A stretch of DNA of 64,000 nucleotides from Pseudomonadota bacterium. GTDB lineage: Bacteria; Bdellovibrionota_B; Oligoflexia; Oligoflexales; RGVZ01. Below the pieces are notes generated by a model. The model worked only from the letters and a program-made list of their open reading frames with translations. It was not told the origin of the DNA and searched no databases. The translations under genes were made by a program, and so were the position numbers. Shown here piece by piece: positions 39,793-50,141 of this stretch. The stretch is from assembly GCA_041178085.1 (NCBI GenBank), contig JBEGVZ010000056.1:1-64000 (forward strand), written 5' to 3'. Positions within the stretch are counted from its first letter, which is position 1, and each line of letters begins with the position of its first letter.

Positions 39793-40673
39793 TGGATTCG
39801 CCAGGCTCCGTGGTAAATGTTAAATCGCCCTTCCCGGACAAAGCCCAGAAGGGTGACGTCAAACCGCTTTGCAAGTTCGATGGCCAGGCTGGACGGCGCG
39901 CCAACCGCCGCGATAACCGGAACACCCGCTACGATGGCCTTCTGCACCAGTTCAAAGCTGGCGCGACCACTCAAGAATAGCAGATGCTGTGACAGAGGAA
40001 CCTGCCCCGCCAGAAAACGCGCCCCGATCAGCTTGTCGACCGCGTTGTGTCGGCCGACATCCTCCCGGATAAGAACCAGCCGTCCCGCGCAATCAAACAG
40101 GGCTGCCGCGTGCAGACCACCCGTCTGGTCAAATACGCCCTGTCTTTCGCGCAGGCGCACCGGCATTTGCGTGATCGCATCACCTGAAACGGAAAAGCCA
40201 TCGCGTGGGATGGGAGCAACCCCTTCGACCTCAAGAGCATCCAGGGAAGCCTTGCCACAAACACCACAACTGGATGTCGCATAGAAATGACGTTCCAGTT
40301 TGGGCCAGGCAACGGTGGCACTGTCTGCAAGACTCACTTTGACGATGTTTTGACCACGATGTGGTCCGGCCACCGGGCCGCATCCCCTGATGCCAATTAC
40401 ATCTGCCGGGCGGCGAAGAATTCCCTCTCCAAACAGAAATCCGGCGGCGAGTTCCAGGTCGTTGCCGGGTGTACGCATGGTGATGGAAACGCTCTTTTCC
40501 CGCCGCAATCCTTCACTTTCAACGCCATGGGAGTCCGGGTGAGTGCTGCAGCAATAGTCGAGGCGAATTTCTAGAGGTTCCTCGATGGCGACCACGTCCT
40601 GCGTAATGCAGGCAACACCGCGTTCCATGCGCGTGATGCTGGTGTCGCAGGATTGTCGTGTCTGAAATTCCAA
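39789..40673 (-). CDS. fdhD: Formate dehydrogenase accessory sulfurtransferase
   Basis: EEPLEI, MRTPG, SSCGVCG, TGGLHAA, REDVGRHNAVDK. Confidence 0.95.
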   Translation of the reverse strand: MEFQTRQSCDTSITRMERGVACITQDVVAIEEPLEIRLDYCCSTHPDSHGVESEGLRREKSVSITMRTPGNDLELAAGFLFGEGILRRPADVIGIRGCGPVAGPHRGQNIVKVSLADSATVAWPKLERHFYATSSCGVCGKASLDALEVEGVAPIPRDGFSVSGDAITQMPVRLRERQGVFDQTGGLHAAALFDCAGRLVLIREDVGRHNAVDKLIGARFLAGQVPLSQHLLFLSGRASFELVQKAIVAGVPVIAAVGAPSSLAIELAKRFDVTLLGFVREGRFNIYHGAWRIQ

Positions 40674-40772
40674 AAATTAAACTCTTCGTACAAAGCCAAA
40701 CTGACCGTGTCTGCGTTCTGGCAACGATTTGGCGTTTGTTTGCAACTCGTTTACAGAGACGCCCAGACTAGC

Positions 40773-40808
40773 AAAAAACCCCGGGCAAAAATATCTTTGT
40801 CCGGGGTT
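40773..40808 (-). terminator. Rho-independent terminator after the POT transporter
   Basis: Minus strand AACCCCGGACAAA...TTTGCCCGGGGTTTTTT. Confidence 0.75.
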
Positions 40809-40845
40809 CTTCTTATCATCGAAGGGTCGTTGCCTTCAGGAAGGG

Positions 40846-42219
40846 TCAGACTTTCTTGCCCAGCGTCCGCTCCAGCGGCTTGCGCAGCAGGAAGAAGAAG
40901 ACTCCTGTGGCGATTCCCATGATGCAAAGAAGCATGAAAAAGCTGTCTTTGGTCATGGTTTCATAGAACATTCCGATAAGCCCACTCATGTAGTTGCCAA
41001 AGAAGCTCGACAGGAACCATACGCCCATCATCATACTAAGAATCGGTTTGGGCGCGACTTTCGACACGACGGACAGACCGATTGGCGACAAGTAAACTTC
41101 GCCAATGGTAAAAATCAAAACAGTTCCAGCGAGCCAAAGAACGCTGCCTTTTTCGTCCCCTGGTACAGCCTTCGCGGCAAGGATCATGAAAATGTAAGCC
41201 GCCCCCAGCAGCAGGCAGCCGAGGCCCATCTTGACCACGCTGGAGGGCTCCTTTCCGCGCTTGTCCTGCCACATCCAGAATCTAAAGACGACTGGAACGA
41301 ATGCGATGACCATGGCGGGGTTCATGGACTGGAACAAAGTAGAGGGGATTTCAAATCCAGCAAGGTTCCAATTGGTCTTCGCGTCAGCCCACAGTTGCAA
41401 AGTGTTGCCCTGCTGCTCGTAAATGGCCCAGAACATGATGTTCAGTAACGCAAGAACCCCAAGTGCTGCGACGGATTTCCATTCAGTGGCTGTCAGGGGA
41501 CGCTTCCGCTCCTGATGATCCATGGTGTGCATGGAGTCCTTGGGCAGAAGGTCGGAACCGATCCAGTAGACCAACAGTCCAACCAGCATTCCCACACCTG
41601 CGGCACCGAAACCCCAGTGCCATCCGACTTTCTGGCCGAGCGTTCCACACACAATCGGGGACAGGAGCGCGCCCAGGTTGATCCCCATATAAAAGATACT
41701 GAACGCCTTGTCCCTGCGATGATCGCCCTCGGGATAAAGATTACCGACCTGAACTGAAATGTTTGGCTTGAACGCTCCGTTACCAATGATCAGGAACAGC
41801 AGTGCGAGCAGGAATGCCTGTTCACTGGCCATCAGAAAGTGGCCGATCGCCATCAAGAACCCGCCAAGGTATACGGTCCGGTGCTGACCAAGAACCTTGT
41901 CCGCCAGCATGCCGCCGAAAAAGGGCGTGAAGTATACAAGGCCCGTGTAAAGCCCGTAGATCTGGGAACTCATCTGCTGGACGGTCATCTGGCCAAAGAC
42001 CTTTGCCAGCCCGGCGTAGAGGGCGTTGTAGCCAAGCACTTCGCTGGCCCTGACCGGATCAAGAAGCAAATACTGGGTCATGTAAAGGACAAGCAGTGCG
42101 CGCATCCCATAGAACGAGAAACGTTCCCACATTTCCGTGAAGAACAGGACGAAAAGTCCTGCTGGGTGACCGAGAAATTCTCTCTGGGACAACTTTTTGC
42201 TGAGGGCCGCGCGGACCAT
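40846..42219 (-). CDS. Proton-dependent oligopeptide transporter (POT/PTR family)
   Basis: GHPAGL, EMWERFSFYGM (ExxERFxYY-like), FYMGINLG, FQSMNP. Confidence 0.95.
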   Translation of the reverse strand: MVRAALSKKLSQREFLGHPAGLFVLFFTEMWERFSFYGMRALLVLYMTQYLLLDPVRASEVLGYNALYAGLAKVFGQMTVQQMSSQIYGLYTGLVYFTPFFGGMLADKVLGQHRTVYLGGFLMAIGHFLMASEQAFLLALLFLIIGNGAFKPNISVQVGNLYPEGDHRRDKAFSIFYMGINLGALLSPIVCGTLGQKVGWHWGFGAAGVGMLVGLLVYWIGSDLLPKDSMHTMDHQERKRPLTATEWKSVAALGVLALLNIMFWAIYEQQGNTLQLWADAKTNWNLAGFEIPSTLFQSMNPAMVIAFVPVVFRFWMWQDKRGKEPSSVVKMGLGCLLLGAAYIFMILAAKAVPGDEKGSVLWLAGTVLIFTIGEVYLSPIGLSVVSKVAPKPILSMMMGVWFLSSFFGNYMSGLIGMFYETMTKDSFFMLLCIMGIATGVFFFLLRKPLERTLGKKV

Positions 42220-42381
42220 GCGGGTCTCCTGTGATGGGACTGGATCGATCTTGGTTGTGTTCAGACGGATGCGACACGATCGCACCGTTCTTCCTGCGGG
42301 CTGATATCACGATGGCAGGGGGCTCGCCACATCCAAGTTGGCCGGGTGACCAACCGTTAAAAGGATGTCACATTTTTCCGC

Positions 42382-43770
42382 TCATCCGGCATCCCGGTGT
42401 GGCCAGGATTTGGGCTCCGGGGCGGCAGGGGTGCCATGTTCGCGCAGTGCGGACTCCCGGGCCGCCCGGGGCAGCCGTGGTACCCGTGTTCCCCGAAGGG
42501 GGCGGACTTCCGCATGGACGCCATGTTGCGCGGCCGGCAGCAGCAGGGTGATGGTCAGGGTTCTCAGGATGGACGACAGGGCGAAGATGACCAGGTACCC
42601 CTGAAAGGATTCACCCATTGCCTCGAGCACGACCCCACCCACCAGGGAGCCAATAACCAGGGCGCTTGCATGGGACAGGTTGTAGGTGGTCAGGATGCTG
42701 GTCCGTTCTGCCGGGATAACCCGCTCGTAGATCAGTAAGGATGAAGCCAGCTCAAACCCGCCCCAGACGACACCCGACAGGACCTGCAAGAAAAATAGTG
42801 CGGGGAGGTTATCGTAGGCGACGACCCAAAGGACTGCCATCGGGGCCATGGCCACCCCGCAGGCCAGAAGCAGCTTGTTCGCCCCGTACTTTTCCACCTG
42901 GCGTCCGAGCAGAGGCAAAAACAGGACCCTCCCCATGAATGCCGTCGCCACAAGTGCCGTGTAAGTTCCGTAATCAAGGTTCATCTGGCGCAGCATGAAA
43001 GGCGTGAAAAACGGGGCTGCGACCTGGGTCGCCGCCTGCGCGCAGACAAGATACAGAATCAACTTTCCGTCGCTGCTGCGCCGCAACCGCATAAATAGCT
43101 GGGCCATCGATACCTGGCGCTGATGGGGGGGCAACGGTACTGGTTCCGACTTCTGTGCCAGCATGGCTGCGGACGCGATCCGTGCGGCGAAGGCGATCAC
43201 GAACAGCACGGCAAAGGTTGTCAGCAAGTGGTTGGCAGCCAGGTCGGTCGCATTTGTGGTCGCTTTAGCGTCCGAGTCCTGTGCCACTTTCAGGGCAAGG
43301 CCCGCGACGATGAACGCCATCATGGTGCTGCCTTGGATCCATCTTCCCCGCGTGGAAAAGAATCTGGTCCTGATCCGTTCCGGGATGAGCGTCGTGATCC
43401 AGGTGTTCCAGGCACTTCCCCCAGCCATGCCGCAAGCCCAATAAATCGACGCCAGCAAGAAGGCGGCCGTGGTCCCGATCGTTCCAGCGATGGCAGCAAT
43501 GGCCAGCCCCAGGAAGACGCACGCCTGGACAAGGGCACACCCGACGACCCACTTTTTGTGCGAGCCAATGGCGGTTACGGCGAGGGGCGAGATGAGTTGG
43601 ATCACTGCCCCTGCAAGGAGCGGGATTGTGACGATCAGCCCCGAAGCTGTCTGGCCAAGACCCATGGCGAGCACAAAGGCGGGCAGGTAGGTCTCGCCGA
43701 TGCCGACCATGATGCTGTTGGCGGTGCCTTCGCGGACAGACCATGATATGTCGCGACGGGTTTGCCTCAC
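42382..43770 (-). CDS. MFS transporter
   Basis: About 12 hydrophobic segments; LIPERIRTRFF loop. Confidence 0.85.
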   Translation of the reverse strand: MRQTRRDISWSVREGTANSIMVGIGETYLPAFVLAMGLGQTASGLIVTIPLLAGAVIQLISPLAVTAIGSHKKWVVGCALVQACVFLGLAIAAIAGTIGTTAAFLLASIYWACGMAGGSAWNTWITTLIPERIRTRFFSTRGRWIQGSTMMAFIVAGLALKVAQDSDAKATTNATDLAANHLLTTFAVLFVIAFAARIASAAMLAQKSEPVPLPPHQRQVSMAQLFMRLRRSSDGKLILYLVCAQAATQVAAPFFTPFMLRQMNLDYGTYTALVATAFMGRVLFLPLLGRQVEKYGANKLLLACGVAMAPMAVLWVVAYDNLPALFFLQVLSGVVWGGFELASSLLIYERVIPAERTSILTTYNLSHASALVIGSLVGGVVLEAMGESFQGYLVIFALSSILRTLTITLLLPAAQHGVHAEVRPLRGTRVPRLPRAARESALREHGTPAAPEPKSWPHRDAG

Positions 43771-44933
43771 ACCTCATCCCCCCTCAGGAAGGATTCAATC
43801 TGCGGCGCTGCGGCCATGGCATCAGCATATCCCAGATTGATCAGGGCGCGGCAGAATTCGGGGTGGAAAAGCAGGTAACTGATGAGTTCCGCCGTCTGGC
43901 CGATGGGACCCAGGCCGCGGGTCAGGTAGCGGACAAGGGGGGGCATGACGCTCGCATGTTCGATGGCGATGGCGGCAATATCCTTCGAGGGGCGAACCAT
44001 CAGGAAGGGTATCTTTCGGTATCTAAAAGGGTTTTTGCCTTCGTAAGATTCGCCCACCTCGTCCACAAGGCGATTCAGCCGTTTCAGGTAATCCAAGTCC
44101 GCTTCCAGGCCGTCCATCAGGACTGCGTTGATGATCACGCTCAGGACACGCCCCGCAGACGCCCCCTCGCTGCCCGGACGCGGCACATCATCGATGTCCA
44201 TCTCGCGGCGGACGCCGACGACAAAGAGGCGCGAGGCCCCCATCTCGACAGCGGGTAGAAGTGGCGTCAGGTTGCGCAGGCAACCGTCGCCATAGTGGCG
44301 GTGGCCAATCTTGACACCAGGAAAGAGCAGAGGGATCGCAGAGGACGCCATCACGTGCTCAACCCGGAAACGTTGCCCGATGGCAAGTGAGCGGGCCTTG
44401 CGCCAAAGGGGGATGGATGGATGGCCCTGGATGAACGATACGCCGCGTGAGGTGGCATATTCGGTTGCGGATACGCAGGCGCCGTGCAGGCGACCGCGGG
44501 CGATATTCTGATCAATCTGGGCGGCATCAAGACGCGAGGCAATCAGGTCGCGCAGGGGCTCGGTGTCGACGAGTGATTGCGGTTTCTTTGTTTGCGTCGC
44601 CCCGCCCGTGGCAACACCGGCGAGCCAGCGAGCGGCAATCCCGGACAGCGATGCAGGGTCGGTGCGAAAGACGTGATCGGAAGTGAGTTCGCTCCAAAGA
44701 GCGGCAAGGTCAGCGGACGTCTCTGCAAGTGAGTCCTTGCTGGAGACAAGATGGGCGCAGTTGATCGCCCCGGCACTAAGTCCCGTGCAAATATGAAAGG
44801 GCCATTCGATCCCAGCACCGGCTGCGATCTCACCTGCGGCCTTGAGCACGCCGGCTTGATACGCGCCGCGTGATCCGCCGCCGGACAGGACGAGTCCCAG
44901 GAGCGGCTTTTGAATTTTCACTGAGGTTGGCAC
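43767..44933 (-). CDS. Patatin-like phospholipase
   Basis: GGGSRG, GLSAG nucleophile elbow, DGC. Confidence 0.9.
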   Translation of the reverse strand: MPTSVKIQKPLLGLVLSGGGSRGAYQAGVLKAAGEIAAGAGIEWPFHICTGLSAGAINCAHLVSSKDSLAETSADLAALWSELTSDHVFRTDPASLSGIAARWLAGVATGGATQTKKPQSLVDTEPLRDLIASRLDAAQIDQNIARGRLHGACVSATEYATSRGVSFIQGHPSIPLWRKARSLAIGQRFRVEHVMASSAIPLLFPGVKIGHRHYGDGCLRNLTPLLPAVEMGASRLFVVGVRREMDIDDVPRPGSEGASAGRVLSVIINAVLMDGLEADLDYLKRLNRLVDEVGESYEGKNPFRYRKIPFLMVRPSKDIAAIAIEHASVMPPLVRYLTRGLGPIGQTAELISYLLFHPEFCRALINLGYADAMAAAPQIESFLRGDEV

Positions 44934-45690
44934 CCTGAGTCTCCAGAAGGGTCACAAGCGATTCACAGATCAGACGGATGATGGAATCCCACCGACGGTT
45001 CTTTTGTCGGACGATTTTCTGATTCACTTCAACTTCAACCCCCGAATACCAGTTGGGATTGAGCTTGCGCCGCAGCGCGGTTGTGTGCGCATCTGAGATT
45101 CCCAGGTAGGGCTCGTTGGCACAAATGCGGATTCCACGCAAACCATCTGTCATTGCCCGCTTTTGCAAGACCTGTATCCATTGTTGTGAGAGCTCGCTTT
45201 CGCGCGGGCGCGCCGGATCGAACAGGATGCCGATGTCGACGGTGCGTCGCTGTCCGCGAAGTACGGGTGTAAACGAGTGAACGGACACGTGGAAGATGTG
45301 GTGTTTGCCATGGCCGCAAATGTCTTCAATCCGCTTCCTGGTCTGCTGCCAGAACGGCTGGTGAAATTTCTTGATCAACAAATCCCGCTCTGCCGGTGAA
45401 AGTTTTGTCATCGACCACTTGGAGAAAACGTCTGGATTGTCTGGGCTGCGGTTCAGGTCTACCACCAGGCGCGTCATCTTCCCCGCAATGACCGGATAGG
45501 ATTTTGTCGCCTTGGCGATCGCGCGAGCCAGTTCAAGCGTGCCGGGATCCCAGGCGCGGTGGGTGTTGAGCAGGGACGGCGGAATCGCCAGCCTCTGTCG
45601 CAACTTCGCCGGGACCGCATTGCTGGCATGCTCGCAGGTGACAACGATCCTTATGTCACCTGGTTTCTCAGGATGCTTTCTTTTTGCCAT
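44830..45690 (-). CDS. N-formylglutamate amidohydrolase-family protein
   Basis: TCEHASN, HRAWDPG, RLVVDLNR, HSFTP, NEPY, EVEVNQ. Confidence 0.88.
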   Translation of the reverse strand: MAKRKHPEKPGDIRIVVTCEHASNAVPAKLRQRLAIPPSLLNTHRAWDPGTLELARAIAKATKSYPVIAGKMTRLVVDLNRSPDNPDVFSKWSMTKLSPAERDLLIKKFHQPFWQQTRKRIEDICGHGKHHIFHVSVHSFTPVLRGQRRTVDIGILFDPARPRESELSQQWIQVLQKRAMTDGLRGIRICANEPYLGISDAHTTALRRKLNPNWYSGVEVEVNQKIVRQKNRRWDSIIRLICESLVTLLETQGANLSENSKAAPGTRPVRRRITRRVSSRRAQGRR

Positions 45691-46942
45691 GGGCGGTCTT
45701 GCTGGCAAACGATTCATTTTTTTCCAGGCATCCCGTGATCTCCCTGAAAATATCTTGCAACGACCAGTCATGATCGACGGTTGCAGCGATCATGCGCGTC
45801 GAAAGAGTCCCTTGTTTACGAATCGTTTCAAGGGGGGTGATCCAGTCTGCCGGAGCGTCCAGAAGGAAATCGTCGATCAATTTCCCGGTCAGTGTCTTCA
45901 TGTCGGTGGCTCCGCTGACGCCAAAGACCTGGCCGTAAGTTTTTGCGTGCAAGGTGGCGTGCTCGCCCTTGCGAATGGATTCATCAAGGATCACTGCCAG
46001 GTCGGAAGCAGACCATTGGCATTGTTTGGAGTGGCTGACGTGTTTTTCTTCATAAAGGTTACGGACCAGGTGGATCACCAGGGCAGCAATGGCGACGTCC
46101 GCTGCTGGACATTCCTGGATGTCGATCAGTCGGATTTCAATCGCATTACGATCAAACCGCGCGATGGCGCCGCGGGAGTTCAACCACTCGTGCTGCAGCA
46201 GGCCGTCTGGATCGTGCGGTGCGATGGCCTTGTAAGTCCGCGCGAAGATTTCATGTTCATAGGCCGCTCGGGAGAAGACAGCCTCCGGGACGATAAGCCC
46301 CGCAATTTCCGGGATACGTGCCTGGTTGCGGCGATAGAAGTCGAGGCGCGTGTCATGACACGGACCTTTTTCCCCTTCGACGAACGGCGACGATGCCGCC
46401 AGGGCAGGCAGCAGCGGCAACACCAGGCGAATCGCAGCATGCAAGCGTCCGAATTCCTCGTCCCCGGAAAAGGGCAGGTTGATGTGCATCGATTGCAGGT
46501 TTGACCAGCCGTGACCCTTGCAGCCGAAGATCCTGTTATAGGCGGAGTAGATTTCCCCGTTATCGTGGGGCCAAAGGCGGGTCTCCCGGTCGGGGTTCAT
46601 CCAAGGGTGCATGCCCCCTGGTGCAAGCTGGCAACCTTCGGCGCTCAGAAGGCGGTTCAATTCCTGGACTTCCCGGTGAAACCCCTGACCAAGGCGGGCA
46701 AGGTCGGCCACCGGACCATCCGTCTTCAATTCGACAACGTGCTGGACCAGTTCGTTTGACCAGCCAAACCCGTCACGTTCCACATCGCCTGATGGTTCCT
46801 GCCCCTGCGCACGGCACGCCGCGTGCAAAACCTTGTCAGCGACGGGACGGACGTCCAACGTCTTCCGGTCCACGATCATGTACTCAAGTTCGATCCCGTA
46901 ACCTGAAAACGCCTTGTAAACCGGGTTTGTTTGCTGGCTCAT
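45668..46942 (-). CDS. Glutamate-cysteine ligase family 2 (GCS2/YbdK-like) carboxylate-amine ligase
   Basis: GIELEYMIVD, NELVQHVVELKT, GMHPWM, QSMHIN, SSPF, AIEIR. Confidence 0.88.
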   Translation of the reverse strand: MSQQTNPVYKAFSGYGIELEYMIVDRKTLDVRPVADKVLHAACRAQGQEPSGDVERDGFGWSNELVQHVVELKTDGPVADLARLGQGFHREVQELNRLLSAEGCQLAPGGMHPWMNPDRETRLWPHDNGEIYSAYNRIFGCKGHGWSNLQSMHINLPFSGDEEFGRLHAAIRLVLPLLPALAASSPFVEGEKGPCHDTRLDFYRRNQARIPEIAGLIVPEAVFSRAAYEHEIFARTYKAIAPHDPDGLLQHEWLNSRGAIARFDRNAIEIRLIDIQECPAADVAIAALVIHLVRNLYEEKHVSHSKQCQWSASDLAVILDESIRKGEHATLHAKTYGQVFGVSGATDMKTLTGKLIDDFLLDAPADWITPLETIRKQGTLSTRMIAATVDHDWSLQDIFREITGCLEKNESFASKTAHGKKKAS

Positions 46943-46959
46943 GATGGAAAAATCTCCCC

Positions 46960-48435
46960 TCAGGCGCTTTTGCGTTGTTTGCGGGCTTCAATCCGGTTCA
47001 TGAAAACACCGGTGATGATGTCGTAAAGCTCATCCTTCAGGATCGTGTCTTCATAGCCAGCATCGATGTTTGGGTTGTCATTGACTTCCATGACGTAGGC
47101 CAGGCCGTTGTGCTCCTTGAGGTCCACCCCGTAAAGCCCGTCACCGATGGCGTTGGCTGCGCGCACGGCGGTGGCCATCACATCGGCCGGGACGGTATCG
47201 AGGGCAAGGGTTTCGACGCGCCCGCCCAGGAACTTGCCGCCCCGGGTCTTCTTGGTGATCTGCCAATGCTTGTGGGCCATGTGGTACTTGCAGGCGAAGA
47301 CTGGCTTGCGGTCGATCAGTCCGATTCGCCAGTCGTAGGATGTTGGAATGTATTCCTGGGCAAGCAGGAGTTCGCTCTTTTCGAACATGGTATCAGCCAC
47401 GATCTTCAGCATCCCTTCGTCCACCACCTTCAACACGCCCTGTGAGAAGGAACTGTCCGGCTGTTTGACGATGCAGGGGAAACCCAGTTCCCGCCCCACG
47501 TGATGCAGGTTGCTGCGACTGACGATCAACGTCCGCGGAATGCGGATCCGCTGATGGTTCATAAGTTCGGTCAAGTAGACCTTATTTGTGCAGCGGACGA
47601 TGGATTCCGGATCGTCGATGACCACCAGCCCTTCGGCCTCTCCGCGTTGGGCAAACTTGTAGGTGTGATGGTTGACGGATGTGGTTTCGCGGATCCACAG
47701 CCCGTCAAACTCTGGCAGGTGGTTGAAGTCTTCTTTGCGGATCACTTCAGCGTGCATCCCGCGGCGGTCGGCAGCCTTGATGAACCGTTCGATGGCCCGT
47801 TCGTTGGACGGGGGGGTCTCGTCGCCGCCGTAAAGGATCGCCAGGTCAAAGCGCCTGGGGCTGCGGCGGGGAAGGGCCCTCTTCCGGCCGGCCAGGTAGT
47901 CTGCCGCTGCCTTGATCGCAAAGGGACGGTGATCTTCCGGGACAGCCGCGGCGGCAATGGGCCCCACGTGGACAAGGTGCCAGCTGCCTCCATTATTTTC
48001 GTTCCAGACAAAATGTGCGCGCAGGAATGGCGCCTTGAAATACTCAAACAGCAATCCGGCCAGGCGGTCATAGCGTTTGGCCAGGTTGCGCCCGAAATAT
48101 ACGCTAAGAACAAAAGAGGAGTTCCGGATCGGCGCCAGGTCCTTGTCGATCTGGCGCTGCAAGTCACCGGACGCCAGCTTGATCACCGCCTGTGACTTCA
48201 TGTCTTGAATGGTCGAAACGCTTGGCAGGGGTGCGTGTCCGCGGGCCTCGGCCAGCAGTGACACATAGTAGCCGGTGGACTGGTACCGGTAACACTTGCA
48301 GAGGTTGAACACCTTGGTCGCTGGCATCTCCCTGAAAAGGGGCTGGTTCAGGTAATCCCGCGCGGACACCACGAGGACATCCGGCAAGTCGAGCGGCCAG
48401 TCTGAGGGCTTGTCAACCACGATCAAAGTTTGCAT
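46960..48435 (-). CDS. RimK-like ATP-grasp ligase with N-terminal RLAN-type domain
   Basis: FNLCKCYRYQSTGYYVSLLAEARGH; KQPDSSFSQGV, QEYIP, GVDLK, EVNDNP. Confidence 0.88.
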   Translation of the reverse strand: MQTLIVVDKPSDWPLDLPDVLVVSARDYLNQPLFREMPATKVFNLCKCYRYQSTGYYVSLLAEARGHAPLPSVSTIQDMKSQAVIKLASGDLQRQIDKDLAPIRNSSFVLSVYFGRNLAKRYDRLAGLLFEYFKAPFLRAHFVWNENNGGSWHLVHVGPIAAAAVPEDHRPFAIKAAADYLAGRKRALPRRSPRRFDLAILYGGDETPPSNERAIERFIKAADRRGMHAEVIRKEDFNHLPEFDGLWIRETTSVNHHTYKFAQRGEAEGLVVIDDPESIVRCTNKVYLTELMNHQRIRIPRTLIVSRSNLHHVGRELGFPCIVKQPDSSFSQGVLKVVDEGMLKIVADTMFEKSELLLAQEYIPTSYDWRIGLIDRKPVFACKYHMAHKHWQITKKTRGGKFLGGRVETLALDTVPADVMATAVRAANAIGDGLYGVDLKEHNGLAYVMEVNDNPNIDAGYEDTILKDELYDIITGVFMNRIEARKQRKSA

Positions 48436-49193
48436 CAGGGGGAGAGCCTCTTTGGTTGGTAAGTGTTGACAGGGGGCTTCGATTTTTTTTCGATGACCAG
48501 CAAGTTTGCGTCGTAAGTGACAATCCCGAGCAGAATGGAAGAAATGAGGCGTTCAATGCCCACCACATATTCCTGCCCCTCGGCGATTGGATTTTGCAGG
48601 TAGGGATCAGCGATCATTACGTTGCGTTCGCGGCGGTCATAACCCGAAAGGACAACAAAGTGTCCGGACGGTTCACCCCGGACGTCATTGCCCTGGCCTG
48701 TGAATGGGTGCTCGCGCTGGGTCCGGTACAGATACGTTGCGCTCAGGCCGGTCAGGATCGGAACGCCCCGGTTCAGGTATTTCCGCAGCAACGAGGGACT
48801 CATTTCCTCGAAACGCAACTCTCCCCCAAGCGACAGGAAATCCATGTACGCCAGGGTGGCGATGTGAAGTTTGGGATCGTTCTTTGCGGCCATCTGTTTG
48901 CGCAGACGTTCACTTATGCGGACTCCGGGCTGGAACCAGGTCGGGTCGAAAATTTGCAGGTTGTAAGTGAAGATCTTGGCGGTGTAGCCGCGACGCAAAG
49001 CGTGGCAGGCAAGGAACACGGCCAGCGTGCCGCCACCAGCAAGGGCGGGTACTTCGTTGATCACCTGCTGCAATTCGACTTGATCGCCATAATAGCGATA
49101 CACAGCCTGAAGGCATGTCGGCCCGCAGGTGGTTTCGTTCGGCTGGGGAAGGATGGAAACCTTCAGCCGCTTTTCAAGTTGGGTGCGTGACAT
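48435..49193 (-). CDS. C39-like papain-fold peptidase
   Basis: QPNETTCGPTCL, GHFVVLSGYD, IADP. Confidence 0.8.
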   Translation of the reverse strand: MSRTQLEKRLKVSILPQPNETTCGPTCLQAVYRYYGDQVELQQVINEVPALAGGGTLAVFLACHALRRGYTAKIFTYNLQIFDPTWFQPGVRISERLRKQMAAKNDPKLHIATLAYMDFLSLGGELRFEEMSPSLLRKYLNRGVPILTGLSATYLYRTQREHPFTGQGNDVRGEPSGHFVVLSGYDRRERNVMIADPYLQNPIAEGQEYVVGIERLISSILLGIVTYDANLLVIEKKSKPPVNTYQPKRLSP

Positions 49194-49274
49194 GGCTCAA
49201 TTTTAGCACAGGATAATTGCCAGTCGCACCCGGCAGAGGTTGCTCTGGGAGCGGGTTTCAGTCATCATTAGGCG

Positions 49275-50141
49275 ATGACAGAAAAAGCCGAAAAAAATGA
49301 AATGGTGACGGGTGGTTGGTGGCGGCATTTCGAGCTCGCTGCCGGGCAGGCGCAAAATATCCAGATCGGGCCGGCGCGTCTTTCCTTGATCCACCTTGAA
49401 CGTGAGTGGCGCGTTGCCGTCACCAGGGTCGACGAATCTTCCAGCACAAATGTCGATCAGGTGTTCTCTGTTTCTCCGTCGATTCCCGCGGCTACCGCAT
49501 CGATTGATGTTGCCGGTTTTATCCGCTACGCATCCCGGCGAACAGTTCAAGGGTTTCGCCTGGAACCTGGCCTGGCTGATCGTCCGGTGGTTTGCAAACC
49601 CCTCAATCCGCTCTTTGTCCTGCCCGGCGACCAGGTTGAGCTTTTCGTGGCAACACCAGCGTGGATCAGGGTGTTTGTCAATTCATCGACCGATGTAGAT
49701 GGAATATCCGCGTGTGAAGTTCCAGCGCTTGCTTTGACTGACACATGGATTGGTTCTTCCACGGTCGAGGGCGAACTCGGTTATTCGACCCGCACCAAGG
49801 CCAGGCTTTCCTATGCAGATGTCCCTTTACGCCCGCACCTGGTCATCACGGGCGTGGTGGTTCGCAACCTGTCTGCCGAGGTGCTTCATCTGGAACGTTT
49901 GAGCCTTCCGGCTCCTTATCTGGGTGTGTTCTCCAGCGCCAACAATGCGCTTTGCACAGAGGGGATCATCCTCGAGCACAAGGATGCCCGCCAGTTTGCC
50001 GGCTTGGAAATCATGCGTGAACCGCTTGGTCCAGTGGGTGCATGCAAAAGGATCTCTTCCCCACGGATCCGGTCAGAAGACCAAGGGACAGTCATCCGGG
50101 CTTTCGGGTCGCTCCTGACACAAATCACGGGGGGTGTCTGA
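49275..50141 (+). CDS. DUF432-like protein
   Basis: PGLADRPVV, LTDTWIGSSTVEGELGY, ERLSLPAPYL; TGATG coupling to mscS. Confidence 0.65.
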   Translation: MTEKAEKNEMVTGGWWRHFELAAGQAQNIQIGPARLSLIHLEREWRVAVTRVDESSSTNVDQVFSVSPSIPAATASIDVAGFIRYASRRTVQGFRLEPGLADRPVVCKPLNPLFVLPGDQVELFVATPAWIRVFVNSSTDVDGISACEVPALALTDTWIGSSTVEGELGYSTRTKARLSYADVPLRPHLVITGVVVRNLSAEVLHLERLSLPAPYLGVFSSANNALCTEGIILEHKDARQFAGLEIMREPLGPVGACKRISSPRIRSEDQGTVIRAFGSLLTQITGGV

